Both the position numbers and the translations under genes were made by a program. Below are positions 21,046 through 31,239 of a DNA stretch of 34,833 nucleotides, in pieces. A model generated the notes under the pieces. That model saw only the letters and a list, made by a program, of their open reading frames with translations, was not told the origin of the DNA and ran no database searches. Numbering within the stretch: position 1 is the stretch's first letter; each line of letters opens with the position of its first letter. The DNA is from a virus: IMG/VR virus record IMGVR_UViG_3300027386_000003; one strand, given 5' to 3'.

Positions 21046-21906
21046 TCAGTCCCTCAGCACGTCGATCTTCTGGTAGTTGACGTTGTCGAAGATGGCCGTC
21101 CACCGGAGCGGCTGCATATCCCGCTCCGGAGCCACGGCAACGATCTCGTTGTGACTCAGAGGATTGTCCACGAACTTGTCCGCCAAGTCCCGGTCCAGCG
21201 GGGCTTCGCCGCGAAGCACCATCATCAGTTCCTCAAGCGAGTTCCAGCTGTACAGCAGGGTTTCGTTATCGTAAATCTCGATCTGATGCTCGAACTTCGG
21301 CGTGACCTCTGCCGTGCGGCTGACTTTCGCCAGCGACCGCTCGGCAATGTACTTGCCGTGGAACGGCCCGGTGATGTGGATATTTCGCTTCACCGTGTCG
21401 GTGTGCGTATCGGAGCTGCCCCAGTCCCGGCCGTACTTCGCGCTGATCTCCGCGCTGAATTTCGCGCCGCCGTAGAATCCGCCTGCGGTTCCGGCCGCGT
21501 ATCCAAACTCCGCTTCCACAGCGACCTTCGCGCCCACTTCCATGCTCTCCTTGAGGCTGGTGGTGCGGCTGAACGTATGCTCCACCACTTCATCGTAGGT
21601 TGCGCCCGAGGCCACGTTGATTCGGGATTCGGCGCGTTCACCTACATCTTCGGAGATTACGACAGTCGGGCCGAACTTGGCTTCGTCCGTCGCCGTCATC
21701 TGGAGATTCTTGAGCAGGATGCGGCCGGTCTTGTGGTGCGGTCGCTTGTACTCGATGGTGGTGTCGTCGATCAGGTAGCCGCCGAGCCAGTCGGTCAGCG
21801 AAAAGGCCCACCACGGGCTTGACGAATTGTGGACGTGATCGGTGCGTTGCAGTGCGAAGGTGCAGGCAATCGCCGTTCTCCGCATCAGTGTGTTCGCAAG
21901 ATTCAT
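21046..21906 (-). CDS. Hypothetical protein (286 aa) with an aerolysin-like amphipathic beta-hairpin; possible pore-forming or membrane-inserting protein
   Basis: ATG 21906 is preceded by AGGAG; the track start at 21957 is a TTG. VGAKVAVEAEF-GYAAGTAGGFYGG-AKFSAEISAKY shows strict hydrophobic/polar alternation around a Gly-rich turn. Confidence 0.6.
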   Translation of the reverse strand: MNLANTLMRRTAIACTFALQRTDHVHNSSSPWWAFSLTDWLGGYLIDDTTIEYKRPHHKTGRILLKNLQMTATDEAKFGPTVVISEDVGERAESRINVASGATYDEVVEHTFSRTTSLKESMEVGAKVAVEAEFGYAAGTAGGFYGGAKFSAEISAKYGRDWGSSDTHTDTVKRNIHITGPFHGKYIAERSLAKVSRTAEVTPKFEHQIEIYDNETLLYSWNSLEELMMVLRGEAPLDRDLADKFVDNPLSHNEIVAVAPERDMQPLRWTAIFDNVNYQKIDVLRD

Positions 21907-21949
21907 GGTGTTTTCTCCTGTGTTTGTTGTAAAAGTTTTGCTGGTTCCA

Positions 21950-24661
21950 TTATCCAACTAATGCGTAGCAGTTACCTACAGAAGACACTGAAATATCAGC
22001 GTCCCTATGGTCTCTATAAGGTCTAACAAGCAAAGTCGAGCCAGATAACCAAAGTTGCGCCCCAACCCCATAAATATTTTGAGCGCTTTCCTTCCTAACA
22101 AAAGTAACAGGCCATTTATCTCCACTAGAAGTTATTTCCGCAAAAGGAGCAGCCAATATTTTTTTAGTTATGTCGCGCCCGCCTGTTCCAGAGCCGCTTA
22201 CGTTAAGAACAATATCCACTTTCCTGGTATTGCTGGGAATTGTGAATTGGTAATTCCCGTCTCGATTTTGTCCAAGCGCAGCTAGCGCCACATACGAAAC
22301 TCCTCCGCTTGCTGCATCTCCGGGATCGCCTTTGGGGCCTGCCGGGCCTGCCGGGCCTTGAGCACCAGCATCACCCGGATCGCCTTGCGGTCCTGCCGGG
22401 CCTTGAGCACCTGCCGGGCCTGCCGGGCCTTCCGGGCCTTGCTCGCCTTGCGGAGCCGCATCGGAGGGCATCCAACCGGTAATCGCATGGGCGCGGCCGG
22501 CCTTGATCTGGCACTTGATATAGCCCGCCTGTGCATCCGACGACCGCGTGATGTTCCCCGCCTGCGTGGCAGTGATTGGAATGGCGAGGATGGTTCCTAC
22601 ACGATCCAGTGCCGCCAACCCCTCGGACGGGTTCACATTGTTGATCGTCTGCCCGCCAATGGTGACAGTCGCATTGATGCTGGTACTTACGGCCTCCAGC
22701 GGACGATATGCGAATAACAGGGTGCGGGCTTCATTGTTCCTCACCCACTTGGATAGCGGCCTGAATGCGGCCGTGCGGGCAATCGTATCGTCGATCCGCG
22801 TCCCCAGTGCAGTATCCGCATTTTCCCGTGCCGTTTCCTCTGCCGTCAGATTGGCCGTGGTTGCGTATCCGCCCAATACGCGAGCCAAGACCCTGCGAAT
22901 CCCGTACACCGTGGCGGATCGGGTGTTGTTGAAACTGGAATTAGCGTCATAGTCCGCATCTCTTGCCAGTGCGACAATTCCGGCGGTGGAACCAGTGGCC
23001 AATTTGAGAATGCGATCCAGGAATCGAGCAACCTTCCGAACCGATAGATAGCCCGTATCATCCAGCGCGTTTCTCGCCGCCTGATTGATTCCAGCCAAGT
23101 CCGTCTGATTCGACTGATTCCTGACCGCATCGACCTGTATGTTCGTGGCCTTCGCAATAGAGGTTCCAGTACCCGTGCCAACCTCACTCTTGGTAGCCGG
23201 ATATTCGCCCCGGTCTCCGAAAGGTGAAACATACTTGTTCGAGAAGCCCACTCTCCCGTTGCTGTTCATGAACTCAAGAATCCAGTCCGCCGCCTGTCCT
23301 GCGCCGGTGCTTCCGATATTCCTTGCTTCCTCTGCCGTGATCTCGAAGCGTATCCGCCGGTCTCCCCCTGTCAAAGTCCAGTTTTCGGTATGCACCAGGA
23401 CTCCATTGACCGTCAACCGGATCTGGCTGATTTCAGGACTGGTATTCAGCAAGACATCGTTCAGGTCGCTCAACACCAGCGTATGCGTCCCGATCAAAGC
23501 GGCCGCATCGTCGAATGTCAGGGGATAAATCCGAATCTTGCAGAAGGTAATCTCGGTCAATACCGCATCCGGCATCTTGACCAGAGGGAACTTGTTGTTG
23601 GGTCTGTCCCTGCGGGCGGCCAGTTCCACCCGTTCATTGATCCGCGCATCAATCTCACTGTTCCCGACTCCCGACACGACCTCCAGGCTGTAGATAGCAG
23701 AGAATAGCTCCCCATCCGTAGAGTTCAAAAGCCTGACCACAATATCGACATTCGAGCCAACCGCCCTGCCATTCAGATAAGTTCGGATAGCCGTATTCAC
23801 GGCCAGTTCAATGACCCGCTCCGTTCCTGTCGGGTCAAATGATCCGGTAATCCGCTCGGAACCGATTTGCAAAACCCACTGCGTAGCGGTGGGGAAAGCG
23901 TTCCTTCTGGTATGCAGTGAAACCCTGAATCTTCCCGGCAAATTCTGTTTGTCCACCATTCCGGGTGAAATGTAGGCAATCAGCTTGATCTCATTTGCCC
24001 TGATCTCGGCAATATCGTCCTGGTCGGCCAGCAACAGATGCTCGTAAAAGGGTTGCGGCATCGTCCCTGGGGTATAGCGAATGACCTCCTCCAGAGAGCG
24101 AGTGGAATCAAGGAAAAACAGGTCTCCGACTGCCCAAGAGATATGAGAGGCCGTATTTGCTTCGGTCTGGTCGGCGAAACTGCCTCGATACGGCTTGTTT
24201 CGCGTCTCTGCTATCAGGCTAAATTCAGTCTGCCGGAATACCTTCTCGCCGCCTGGATCATTCACCGGGTCTCGGTCCACCACGACATAAGGCTTGTGGT
24301 TGAGGATCTGGTATGCGTATTGCCCTTCGACATGGTTGTTTGCCGTCAGCGTGGAAATATCCAGTACGGCCCCAATGTAGTCCGCCGACGAATAATTGCG
24401 GCCGGATACAACCGGGTCTCTGCCATGCGAAGTTCCCGTTTTCGTCAGATACGCCTTTTCATCGGTAATGTCCAGCTTCCCTACAGTATCCTCCGAAGCC
24501 CCTGTATCATTCAGGACTCTCTGTTCCGTCTGTGCTGGAATATCAGGGAAAGTCCGTTGCTTGGTGACGAAAGCACCGCTTTCCCTCCGGTCAGCGGCAA
24601 GAATATCGCCGGACTGGAGTTCGCCGCCCTGATCAAGATCACCAAAATTTACGTCAGCCAT
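21950..24661 (-). CDS. Large tail fiber / receptor-binding protein (903 aa) with a 45-aa collagen-like linker and an AT-rich C-terminal tip domain
   Basis: The Gly-X-Y run [45 protein letters not shown] is at 22313-22447. The gene follows the other fiber gene. Confidence 0.7.
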   Translation of the reverse strand: MADVNFGDLDQGGELQSGDILAADRRESGAFVTKQRTFPDIPAQTEQRVLNDTGASEDTVGKLDITDEKAYLTKTGTSHGRDPVVSGRNYSSADYIGAVLDISTLTANNHVEGQYAYQILNHKPYVVVDRDPVNDPGGEKVFRQTEFSLIAETRNKPYRGSFADQTEANTASHISWAVGDLFFLDSTRSLEEVIRYTPGTMPQPFYEHLLLADQDDIAEIRANEIKLIAYISPGMVDKQNLPGRFRVSLHTRRNAFPTATQWVLQIGSERITGSFDPTGTERVIELAVNTAIRTYLNGRAVGSNVDIVVRLLNSTDGELFSAIYSLEVVSGVGNSEIDARINERVELAARRDRPNNKFPLVKMPDAVLTEITFCKIRIYPLTFDDAAALIGTHTLVLSDLNDVLLNTSPEISQIRLTVNGVLVHTENWTLTGGDRRIRFEITAEEARNIGSTGAGQAADWILEFMNSNGRVGFSNKYVSPFGDRGEYPATKSEVGTGTGTSIAKATNIQVDAVRNQSNQTDLAGINQAARNALDDTGYLSVRKVARFLDRILKLATGSTAGIVALARDADYDANSSFNNTRSATVYGIRRVLARVLGGYATTANLTAEETARENADTALGTRIDDTIARTAAFRPLSKWVRNNEARTLLFAYRPLEAVSTSINATVTIGGQTINNVNPSEGLAALDRVGTILAIPITATQAGNITRSSDAQAGYIKCQIKAGRAHAITGWMPSDAAPQGEQGPEGPAGPAGAQGPAGPQGDPGDAGAQGPAGPAGPKGDPGDAASGGVSYVALAALGQNRDGNYQFTIPSNTRKVDIVLNVSGSGTGGRDITKKILAAPFAEITSSGDKWPVTFVRKESAQNIYGVGAQLWLSGSTLLVRPYRDHRDADISVSSVGNCYALVG

Positions 24662-24685
24662 AATTTTATTTTATCCCTCTATTCC

Positions 24686-27274
24686 TCATGCAGCGCGAGC
24701 AATCAGATTGTCCCCGCTACGGGTGGTGAGGCGATCTCCGCCTCGTGTCGTCAGGTATAGGACATCGGCAACCGGCGGCGCTTCTGCCGTCCCCATGACC
24801 AGCGTGGCATAGTTGAATCCGGAGACTCTGCCTGCCGCCGATATGGTCTTGGTGGCCGCATCGTAATTGATTCGATTGTCTCTGTCCCTGCCGTATCCGG
24901 TGAAGTCCTGCGCGAATGCCTCAGTGGGCAACATATGGGAGCTTTCAACACCACTCCCTCCAGTAACCCCCACAAACAGGAACAGGAAGTCCTCGTAATC
25001 GTCCGGCAGGACGAAACTGGTTGCGGTGCTGGCCAGATCCCACGCGAGAATCTCTCGTGATGGGGAACCTCCAGCCATTCCCGGAGCGCCTGCGTCTCCC
25101 TTCGGACCTGGCGGTCCTCCAGGGTCTCCCGGGTCTCCCTTTGCTCCCGGAACTCCTGGATCTCCCTTTGGGCCGATAGGACCTGGTGATCCGTCCGTGC
25201 CGTTACTTCCGTCCGCACCAGGAGCGCCTGCGTCTCCCTTGAGTCCCTGAATCCCTTGTGCGCCCGGATCTCCCTTTGCTCCCGGAGCGCCTGTGTCTCC
25301 TTGTACGCCCTGTGCGCCCTGAGGGCCCTGAGGGCCTTCTGGGCCTGGATTTCCCTTAGGACCTGGTGATCCGTCCGTGCCGTTACTTCCGTCCGCACCA
25401 GGAGCGCCCTGTGCGCCCTGAGGGCCTTCTGGGCCTGGATTTCCCGGAGATCCTTTATCCCCATCATCCCCATCGGAACCAGGAGCTCCAATATCGCCTT
25501 TCGGGCCTTGATTCCCTCTGGGGCCTGCGTCTCCCGTATCCCCTTTCAATCCCTGCGGACCTTGCGGGCCTGGCCCGCCTTGTGGGCCTGTGCCTCCATG
25601 ACGTCCGCGTTCTCCCTGTGGGCCTGGATCGCCTTTCTGGCCTGTCTCTCCTTGAATGCCCTGAGTGCCTTCTGGGCCTTCCGCTCCTCCCTGGAGTTGG
25701 TATAGAGAAACATCGGCAGTAGTTTCAAGTCTGTTTCTGGCTCGCACCAGCAAAGTCCCACTGGCGGATCTTCCATATCCCAATCTTGGGGAACTTCCAA
25801 GAAACAGAACCTGCGTATCATCATTAGGGCCTGTTGTGGTCGCTACTCTTTGATTCAAGAGCTCCGATGCTCGAAAAAATAGAAAATCGTCCTGGGCGGT
25901 ATCACTGAGCTGCCCGGTAATATCGGCAAAATTCTGTTTGATTGCCCAAACTTCTCCGTTCTCCCCAGATGGGAGCGGGATTCCAGTATCCCTGAACCAG
26001 AACTCCGTCCTGTCTTGTGTCGGTGCAGCCAGGTCATAAGTATCCCCGATTTGCTTCAAGCTCGCTGGGCCTGACCCTTCCACTCCTTTGGGACCTTGTG
26101 GGCCTTGTGGGCCCGCAGGCCCTGGGCCTCCCTCCGGCCCTATGTCTCCTTGCGGGCCTGCAGGCCCGGTATCTCCCGTGTCTCCCTGCGGGCCAATATC
26201 TCCCTTGACTCCCTGTTGGCCTCGCTCTCCCCTTTCCCCTCTGTCTCCCTTGCTTCCTTTCAATCCCTGAGGGCCTGTGTTTCCCGTGTCTCCTTTCGGG
26301 CCTTGAGCTCCGTCATGGCCAGAGGGCCCTCTGTCTCCGGGTATGCCCTGAGGGCCTGTGTTTCCGGTATCCCCTTTCGGGCCTGCTTCTCCCTGAATGC
26401 CTTGCGGGCCGGTATCGCCTTTCAATCCCTGAGGGCCTGTGTCTCCCGTGCCTCCTTTCGGGCCTTGGCCTCCAGTATCGCCTTTCGGGCCTTGCGGGCC
26501 GATATGCCCGCGTTCTCCCTGCGGGCCTTGGAGCCCAGCAGGGCCTTGATCGCCTTTCAGGCCTTGCGGGCCGACGTCTCCGGTATCCCCTTTCGAGCCT
26601 TGAACTCCGCGCACTCCGACAACGACAGCCAGATAGACCTCCAGCGTGGAATCGGACGGGAGCTCGTCCCCCTTTCCAAAAGGAGATAAAGTCGATCTGC
26701 CGCCATGGGTAACAGCATACGAAACATTCAATAATCCCGGTCCGAAGCTGAGACCCGCATGAGAAAAGGTAAGATTCTCACGTGCAGTAAAACTTGATCC
26801 GGCCCCAAGTCCCCAGGGAACGAACGAGGTGTCTTTCTCGACACCTGCCACCTTTGCAACCAGAAAGAACCCTATGACTTTATCGGAAGGGGGATTGTTT
26901 GGAACTCTCAGCCCTGCGTAAGTGGTTTGAAAATCACGACTAAACCCCGAAGGAATGCCGGTCTCCAATTCGAGGCTGAGCCCTCTATTATTTCTAGTAT
27001 AAACCCCGCTATATGCCGCCGTGGGGAGAGTGAGAGTGCCGATTTTCTGGCCTCTGGCAGAGCTCGATCCGCCGCCTTCATCCTGAAGCTGGCCATAGGT
27101 GGCGTATTGATCGCGCTCGGTGGCCTCTGCGACTCCCGTATGCTTGTGACCATCCATTGGAAGGTCGGCAGTCGGGCTATTCTGCCCGTCACGAGTCAAA
27201 CAGTTTTCCAGCCCTTCCTCGAGCTCGAAAGGAACTTTCGCTTTAGGGAAATTCCCTTCGCCGTCCCAAGCCAT
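24686..27274 (-). CDS. Collagen-like tail fiber (862 aa)
   Basis: The N-terminus MAWDGEGNF...[22 protein letters not shown]...DQYATYGQL is the conserved fiber N-domain. Two long Gly-X-Y blocks lie at about 26075-26617 and 25067-25690. Confidence 0.85.
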   Translation of the reverse strand: MAWDGEGNFPKAKVPFELEEGLENCLTRDGQNSPTADLPMDGHKHTGVAEATERDQYATYGQLQDEGGGSSSARGQKIGTLTLPTAAYSGVYTRNNRGLSLELETGIPSGFSRDFQTTYAGLRVPNNPPSDKVIGFFLVAKVAGVEKDTSFVPWGLGAGSSFTARENLTFSHAGLSFGPGLLNVSYAVTHGGRSTLSPFGKGDELPSDSTLEVYLAVVVGVRGVQGSKGDTGDVGPQGLKGDQGPAGLQGPQGERGHIGPQGPKGDTGGQGPKGGTGDTGPQGLKGDTGPQGIQGEAGPKGDTGNTGPQGIPGDRGPSGHDGAQGPKGDTGNTGPQGLKGSKGDRGERGERGQQGVKGDIGPQGDTGDTGPAGPQGDIGPEGGPGPAGPQGPQGPKGVEGSGPASLKQIGDTYDLAAPTQDRTEFWFRDTGIPLPSGENGEVWAIKQNFADITGQLSDTAQDDFLFFRASELLNQRVATTTGPNDDTQVLFLGSSPRLGYGRSASGTLLVRARNRLETTADVSLYQLQGGAEGPEGTQGIQGETGQKGDPGPQGERGRHGGTGPQGGPGPQGPQGLKGDTGDAGPRGNQGPKGDIGAPGSDGDDGDKGSPGNPGPEGPQGAQGAPGADGSNGTDGSPGPKGNPGPEGPQGPQGAQGVQGDTGAPGAKGDPGAQGIQGLKGDAGAPGADGSNGTDGSPGPIGPKGDPGVPGAKGDPGDPGGPPGPKGDAGAPGMAGGSPSREILAWDLASTATSFVLPDDYEDFLFLFVGVTGGSGVESSHMLPTEAFAQDFTGYGRDRDNRINYDAATKTISAAGRVSGFNYATLVMGTAEAPPVADVLYLTTRGGDRLTTRSGDNLIARAA

Positions 27275-27289
27275 GAGACTGCCCCGGAA

Positions 27290-28042
27290 TCAGGAAGTGG
27301 CTGGCGGAGCGTTCACAACCACCCCAGGCCCGTATTCATCCTCTTCGGTCGGAAGTATTCCGGCCATGCTGACCGTCCGCATCCCGGACTCCAGTGCGAA
27401 CCTCTGGTCTCGCTGCATCTCGAACTCGGCCAACTCCGCCTGGAACGACAGGCCGCGGGAACGCTTGAATCGCCATTCCAGATCCAGTTCCATCAGGTCC
27501 TGGTCGAATATCGGCACCTGCGAATCCGCCGTAATGGAGGAATGGATGATCGGCGTCCCTTCCCCATCACTCGCCCAATTTCTCGAAACGTACTCGAAGG
27601 CGATGATTTGAGAACTGGACGGGACCGGGTCCAGGGCCAATACCAGGCTTCCGGTGGCCGCATTCAATCGAATCCGATACAGGGGACTCAGTGAGACGGT
27701 CTCGGCCAGAGAGGACTTGATGGTTTGCCATTCCTGAGGGGAAAGCGGGCCGGTTCCCTCGTAATAGGTCGATCGGTCCCAGGTCGTATCGGAAATGAGG
27801 TCGGCGAAGTCCGCCGGCAACGGATAATTCTCCACTCCCGGTTCAGTGGTAATGGAATATTCCTTGGTCAGCTTCGGCCAGGACTGTCCGAACGATCCTC
27901 TTTTCTTGGATAGCAGGGTCCCGCTTCGATTGAGCAGAACCAGCATTGAAATAGCTAACGGGTCCCGATTCCCCCGTAAATGGGTCGGAGCCACGAAGCC
28001 CGACACCGACGCCACATTCTGGATGATTTGCAGGGCGGACAT
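27290..28042 (-). CDS. Putative head-tail adaptor / neck protein (250 aa)
   Basis: The call rests on position between the head genes and the fibers, with no motif I can name precisely. Confidence 0.4.
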   Translation of the reverse strand: MSALQIIQNVASVSGFVAPTHLRGNRDPLAISMLVLLNRSGTLLSKKRGSFGQSWPKLTKEYSITTEPGVENYPLPADFADLISDTTWDRSTYYEGTGPLSPQEWQTIKSSLAETVSLSPLYRIRLNAATGSLVLALDPVPSSSQIIAFEYVSRNWASDGEGTPIIHSSITADSQVPIFDQDLMELDLEWRFKRSRGLSFQAELAEFEMQRDQRFALESGMRTVSMAGILPTEEDEYGPGVVVNAPPATS

Positions 28043-28051
28043 GGCTCTGTA

Positions 28052-28567
28052 TCAGGCATCCTTGGCTGGAGCCTTCTTCCTTCCACGACCTGTTCCGGCC
28101 GCCGCCTTCTCCAACTCCTCGATTCGAGCGGTCAGGTTGGCGATAACCTCATCTTTCTCTGCGGACGAAGCGGCCAATACCTTTTCCTCGATCATTTTCT
28201 GCGCTCTCTCGCGCATGGCGGATGCTCCAGGCCCGATATTCTGCAAGCCCCCATCCGTGACTCCGGCCAATGCTTCGACTGTAAAGATGTTGAGTGATTT
28301 CAACTGCAGGAGGGTTGCCTGGTCGATCCAGGCCACTTCCTCCAGTCGAATCTGTCCCTTGGACTGGTCTAGGCTCTGTTTGTACAGCTCCCACTGTTTG
28401 GGGAACCGTGCCTGGTATTCCTCCGTAGCCTCGAAGTCAGGCGCATAGCTGGCATCTCCGGGAATGCCCATTCGGACATGATCCTTTCCGTCTACCGGGT
28501 TTTTGTAGAACTCCGCATAGACTTTCGATTCTCCCCCTGAGTTTCCGGTTAGGTGATCCAGTTCCAT
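28052..28567 (-). CDS. Hypothetical virion-module protein (171 aa) with a basic tail
   Basis: The ORF has an ATG start and lies in the head-module operon. Confidence 0.55.
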   Translation of the reverse strand: MELDHLTGNSGGESKVYAEFYKNPVDGKDHVRMGIPGDASYAPDFEATEEYQARFPKQWELYKQSLDQSKGQIRLEEVAWIDQATLLQLKSLNIFTVEALAGVTDGGLQNIGPGASAMRERAQKMIEEKVLAASSAEKDEVIANLTARIEELEKAAAGTGRGRKKAPAKDA

Positions 28568-28594
28568 GATTTCTCCTGTCTGTGTTATCGGAAT

Positions 28595-28622
28595 GGAAGG
28601 GGAGACTCATTTCTCCCCTTCC
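28595..28622. other. Perfect 11-bp stem-loop between the decoration-like gene and the next gene
   Basis: GGAAGGGGAGA-ctcatt-TCTCCCCTTCC. A T-run follows only on the plus strand, so on the coding (minus) strand it would be a stabiliser or attenuator rather than a canonical terminator. Confidence 0.4.
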
Positions 28623-28642
28623 GGTTGGTTTTCCGTCTGCGC

Positions 28643-29101
28643 TTACGCCTCGAACACTCTTGGGTTCTTGGCAAAGGCCGCTGCCGGCCCGTTGCCGCTT
28701 CCCCGTGCGACAGTCAGGGTAATCCCGACCACCGGCGAAGTATTGCCATCGTCCAGCCGTCCACCTGTACCAGTCGTGTTCAGCTCGGTATGAGCGGCAC
28801 AGTTGGCACCGGCATTCACCATGCAGGCCCCATAAATCTGGAACCAGGCATAGCTGCCGCTGGGGACTTCCATGTTCGCCACTGCCACCAGCTTGCCTCT
28901 GCCGGTTCCGGCAGCGACGAGCGAGTTTTCAATGGGCGAACAAGTCTGGTCATGATTGATAAGCACGGCATCCGCCGCGTCGCAATCAGCACCAGTGCGG
29001 AGATAGACATACTCCTTGCCGTCACCATGCTGGGCGCGAAAGCCCAACTGGTGCTTGGAAGAAGTGTCAACTCTTGACGGATCAAAGATAATGTCACCCA
29101 T
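28643..29101 (-). CDS. Putative head decoration / cement protein (DUF2190-like), 152 aa
   Basis: The gene is immediately downstream of the capsid gene. It is Gly/Ala-rich and beta-type in composition (KLVAVANMEVPSGSYAWFQIYGACMVNAG). The family call is tentative. Confidence 0.4.
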   Translation of the reverse strand: MGDIIFDPSRVDTSSKHQLGFRAQHGDGKEYVYLRTGADCDAADAVLINHDQTCSPIENSLVAAGTGRGKLVAVANMEVPSGSYAWFQIYGACMVNAGANCAAHTELNTTGTGGRLDDGNTSPVVGITLTVARGSGNGPAAAFAKNPRVFEA

Positions 29102-29103
29102 AA

Positions 29104-30063
29104 TCAGTTACCCCTCAATACGCCTTGCAGCGAAGCGTTGCTCATGGTCAGGTTGCCTGCCCATACGATCAATCGTATGAGCGCGTCCTGATTAACCGCT
29201 TGCCGGTCGCCCGGCAGAGTACGGAAATTACGATCCTTGTGAGGCCGCCAGTGCAGGTAGTCGCAATTCAGGAAATACATATGATTTGCCGGAATTGAAC
29301 CTCCCACTCCACCGTCCAGAACAACGGGTGCCGAATTGAACTGGATATTTTCAAATCCAGCATTCGCCATGTCCTTGTTCACGAATCGCTCCTGTGCCTG
29401 TACCGCACTCCAATAAGTGGTGTACAGGGCATTGTCAGCGAGAATCAGATCGGGCTTGTCGGTGCCTCTGACCAGCTGCACCCAGGTCGCCTGCATCTTT
29501 CCCTTGATGTTATCGCTGGTCAAAGCTTCAGCCGCCGGTGCAACATTGCGCCAGAAGTTCCAAATCGCCCTGTTGATACCCCCCACAATTCCGGCATTCG
29601 GATTCCCGGACACCAAAGCCCGCAGACCATTGATCTGCTTGCCGTCGTCCGCCGTGCCGTCGCTGTGAAGGTCTGCCGAGATGTTGTTCCTCATGGTGCT
29701 CTCCGCTACCATGATTCGACTCTCCAGCAGGTCGATCATCTTTTCACTGCCGCTGTTCTGAAGCTGCTCCAGACCAGAAATAGTCACCGCAACGGCCGCC
29801 TGTTTCCAAGCGTACTGCGCCGAGGTAATTACATCTGAAGGACTCACGTTCAAAACCTCATACCCGGAATAGCGCTTGTAGGTGCTATTCTCGGCATACG
29901 ACAGTTCCTGATTGATCGCTGTGCCTCCGTCCACTGTGCGAATCTTGCCGCGTTTCTCCAGCTTCATCAGCAACGCGTTGTTGTGCGTTACGTTGTCAGC
30001 CAGTCTCTTGGTTCGATTCTCAATGGCGGAAGTGACAATTTCCGAAATATTCGGGTTTGCCAT
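29104..30063 (-). CDS. Major capsid protein (HK97-fold type), 319 aa
   Basis: A strong AGGAGG lies 6 nt upstream of ATG 30063. The gene follows the scaffold gene, and its size and composition are typical of a capsid protein. Confidence 0.7.
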   Translation of the reverse strand: MANPNISEIVTSAIENRTKRLADNVTHNNALLMKLEKRGKIRTVDGGTAINQELSYAENSTYKRYSGYEVLNVSPSDVITSAQYAWKQAAVAVTISGLEQLQNSGSEKMIDLLESRIMVAESTMRNNISADLHSDGTADDGKQINGLRALVSGNPNAGIVGGINRAIWNFWRNVAPAAEALTSDNIKGKMQATWVQLVRGTDKPDLILADNALYTTYWSAVQAQERFVNKDMANAGFENIQFNSAPVVLDGGVGGSIPANHMYFLNCDYLHWRPHKDRNFRTLPGDRQAVNQDALIRLIVWAGNLTMSNASLQGVLRGN

Positions 30064-30086
30064 TTTCAGCCTCCTAAAAGGTTAGG

Positions 30087-31220
30087 TTATGCGTGTTGCT
30101 GGAATTGGTATTCCAGCTCCTGTCGAAGACTCCTTGGCTGTTCCGCTGCTGTGCCGTTGCCGCCCCCAGTCAGACTCCCGTTTGCTTTCTTCGCCTTGGC
30201 GGCGGCTTCCTGTGCCGCTTTGCGGGATTCGATTTCAGCGCGGTTTTTCTCCGCTGTCCGAACCTTCTCTCGCACGGCTGGATTCGCCCATATCGCCTTG
30301 TCGTAGAGTTCCGGGAGACTCACTTGAACGCCATTGGCCGCTTGGGCCTGCGCTAACTGAATCATGTCATCGTAGACTTCCTGGAAATGAGGATGCTTCA
30401 GGTTGCCCTGCTCATCCTTCTCCTCCCGGAAAGCCCCGATCTCTTGAACCGCCTGGGCATTGCGAGCTTCAAACTCCTGCTGTCCCTGCGATTGAAAACC
30501 ATATTGCATCTGTTGGACCTGCTGTGCCAGCGGCCCCAGTGCGTTCTGAATCTGCTGTTGAATCCCTAGCGGGTCTTCCTCGACCGGCGGCAGCTGCTCC
30601 TGCGCGGTCTGGACCTGCACCCCATATTCCTGTGCCAGGGACATCAGTGCGCCGTATTTCTGTTCGGGGGTGCCGACACGGAGGATATTCTCCGCCTGCA
30701 TCAGCCGCTCGAACATGATTTCCGGGGTCGTTCCGATCTGCTGGGTGTAAGGACTCCATCGCTCCATCGCCTGACGGATAGGGGCGATTTCCTGCGAGCG
30801 CCTGGTGTGCGCCGCCTCCATTTCCTTGTTCCGCTCCATGAGAAACTGCTTCGCTTGAGGGTCGAGCTTCTGGAACATCTCCTGATGCTCCTTGGCCCAA
30901 TGCTCCGGAGCAATCATGTCCTCCGGGGCCTGGGCAGAAGATTGCTCCACCAGCGATTTCTCTTCCTCGCTGAGCTCCTCGCCTTTCTCGGCTTTCGCCT
31001 TTGCGGCCTCTACCGCGGCTTTCTGGGCCTCGGCGGCTTCGGCGGCGGCATTGGGGTCTGCCTCGGCTTCCTCGGCGGCCTGTTTCTCGGCATCCTGTTC
31101 CACCGCAGATTCCAGGGCTTCGCGTAACGAGCCCTCGGGAGCAGCTCCCTCAGGGATAACCGGCTCGGCCCCGTCGGCAACTGCCTCTGGGGTCAATGTC
31201 TCTGTCTCTTGGTTGTCCAT
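30087..31220 (-). CDS. Scaffolding protein (377 aa)
   Basis: The protein is highly acidic and Ala/Glu/Gln-rich with helical composition. It lies between the portal and capsid genes. Confidence 0.65.
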   Translation of the reverse strand: MDNQETETLTPEAVADGAEPVIPEGAAPEGSLREALESAVEQDAEKQAAEEAEADPNAAAEAAEAQKAAVEAAKAKAEKGEELSEEEKSLVEQSSAQAPEDMIAPEHWAKEHQEMFQKLDPQAKQFLMERNKEMEAAHTRRSQEIAPIRQAMERWSPYTQQIGTTPEIMFERLMQAENILRVGTPEQKYGALMSLAQEYGVQVQTAQEQLPPVEEDPLGIQQQIQNALGPLAQQVQQMQYGFQSQGQQEFEARNAQAVQEIGAFREEKDEQGNLKHPHFQEVYDDMIQLAQAQAANGVQVSLPELYDKAIWANPAVREKVRTAEKNRAEIESRKAAQEAAAKAKKANGSLTGGGNGTAAEQPRSLRQELEYQFQQHA

Positions 31221-31239
31221 AACAATATCTTACTCCAAA

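Noticed and set aside
25067-26617. Highly periodic short repeats that might be mistaken for a CRISPR array or satellite
   Set aside because: The periodicity is 9 bp (Gly-X-Y codons) inside one long open reading frame with a clear fiber N-domain. There is no repeat-spacer architecture and no cas genes.
21950-27274. Diversity-generating retroelement targeting the fiber genes
   Set aside because: No reverse transcriptase ORF exists anywhere in the genome. I also saw no template/variable repeat pair differing at adenines.
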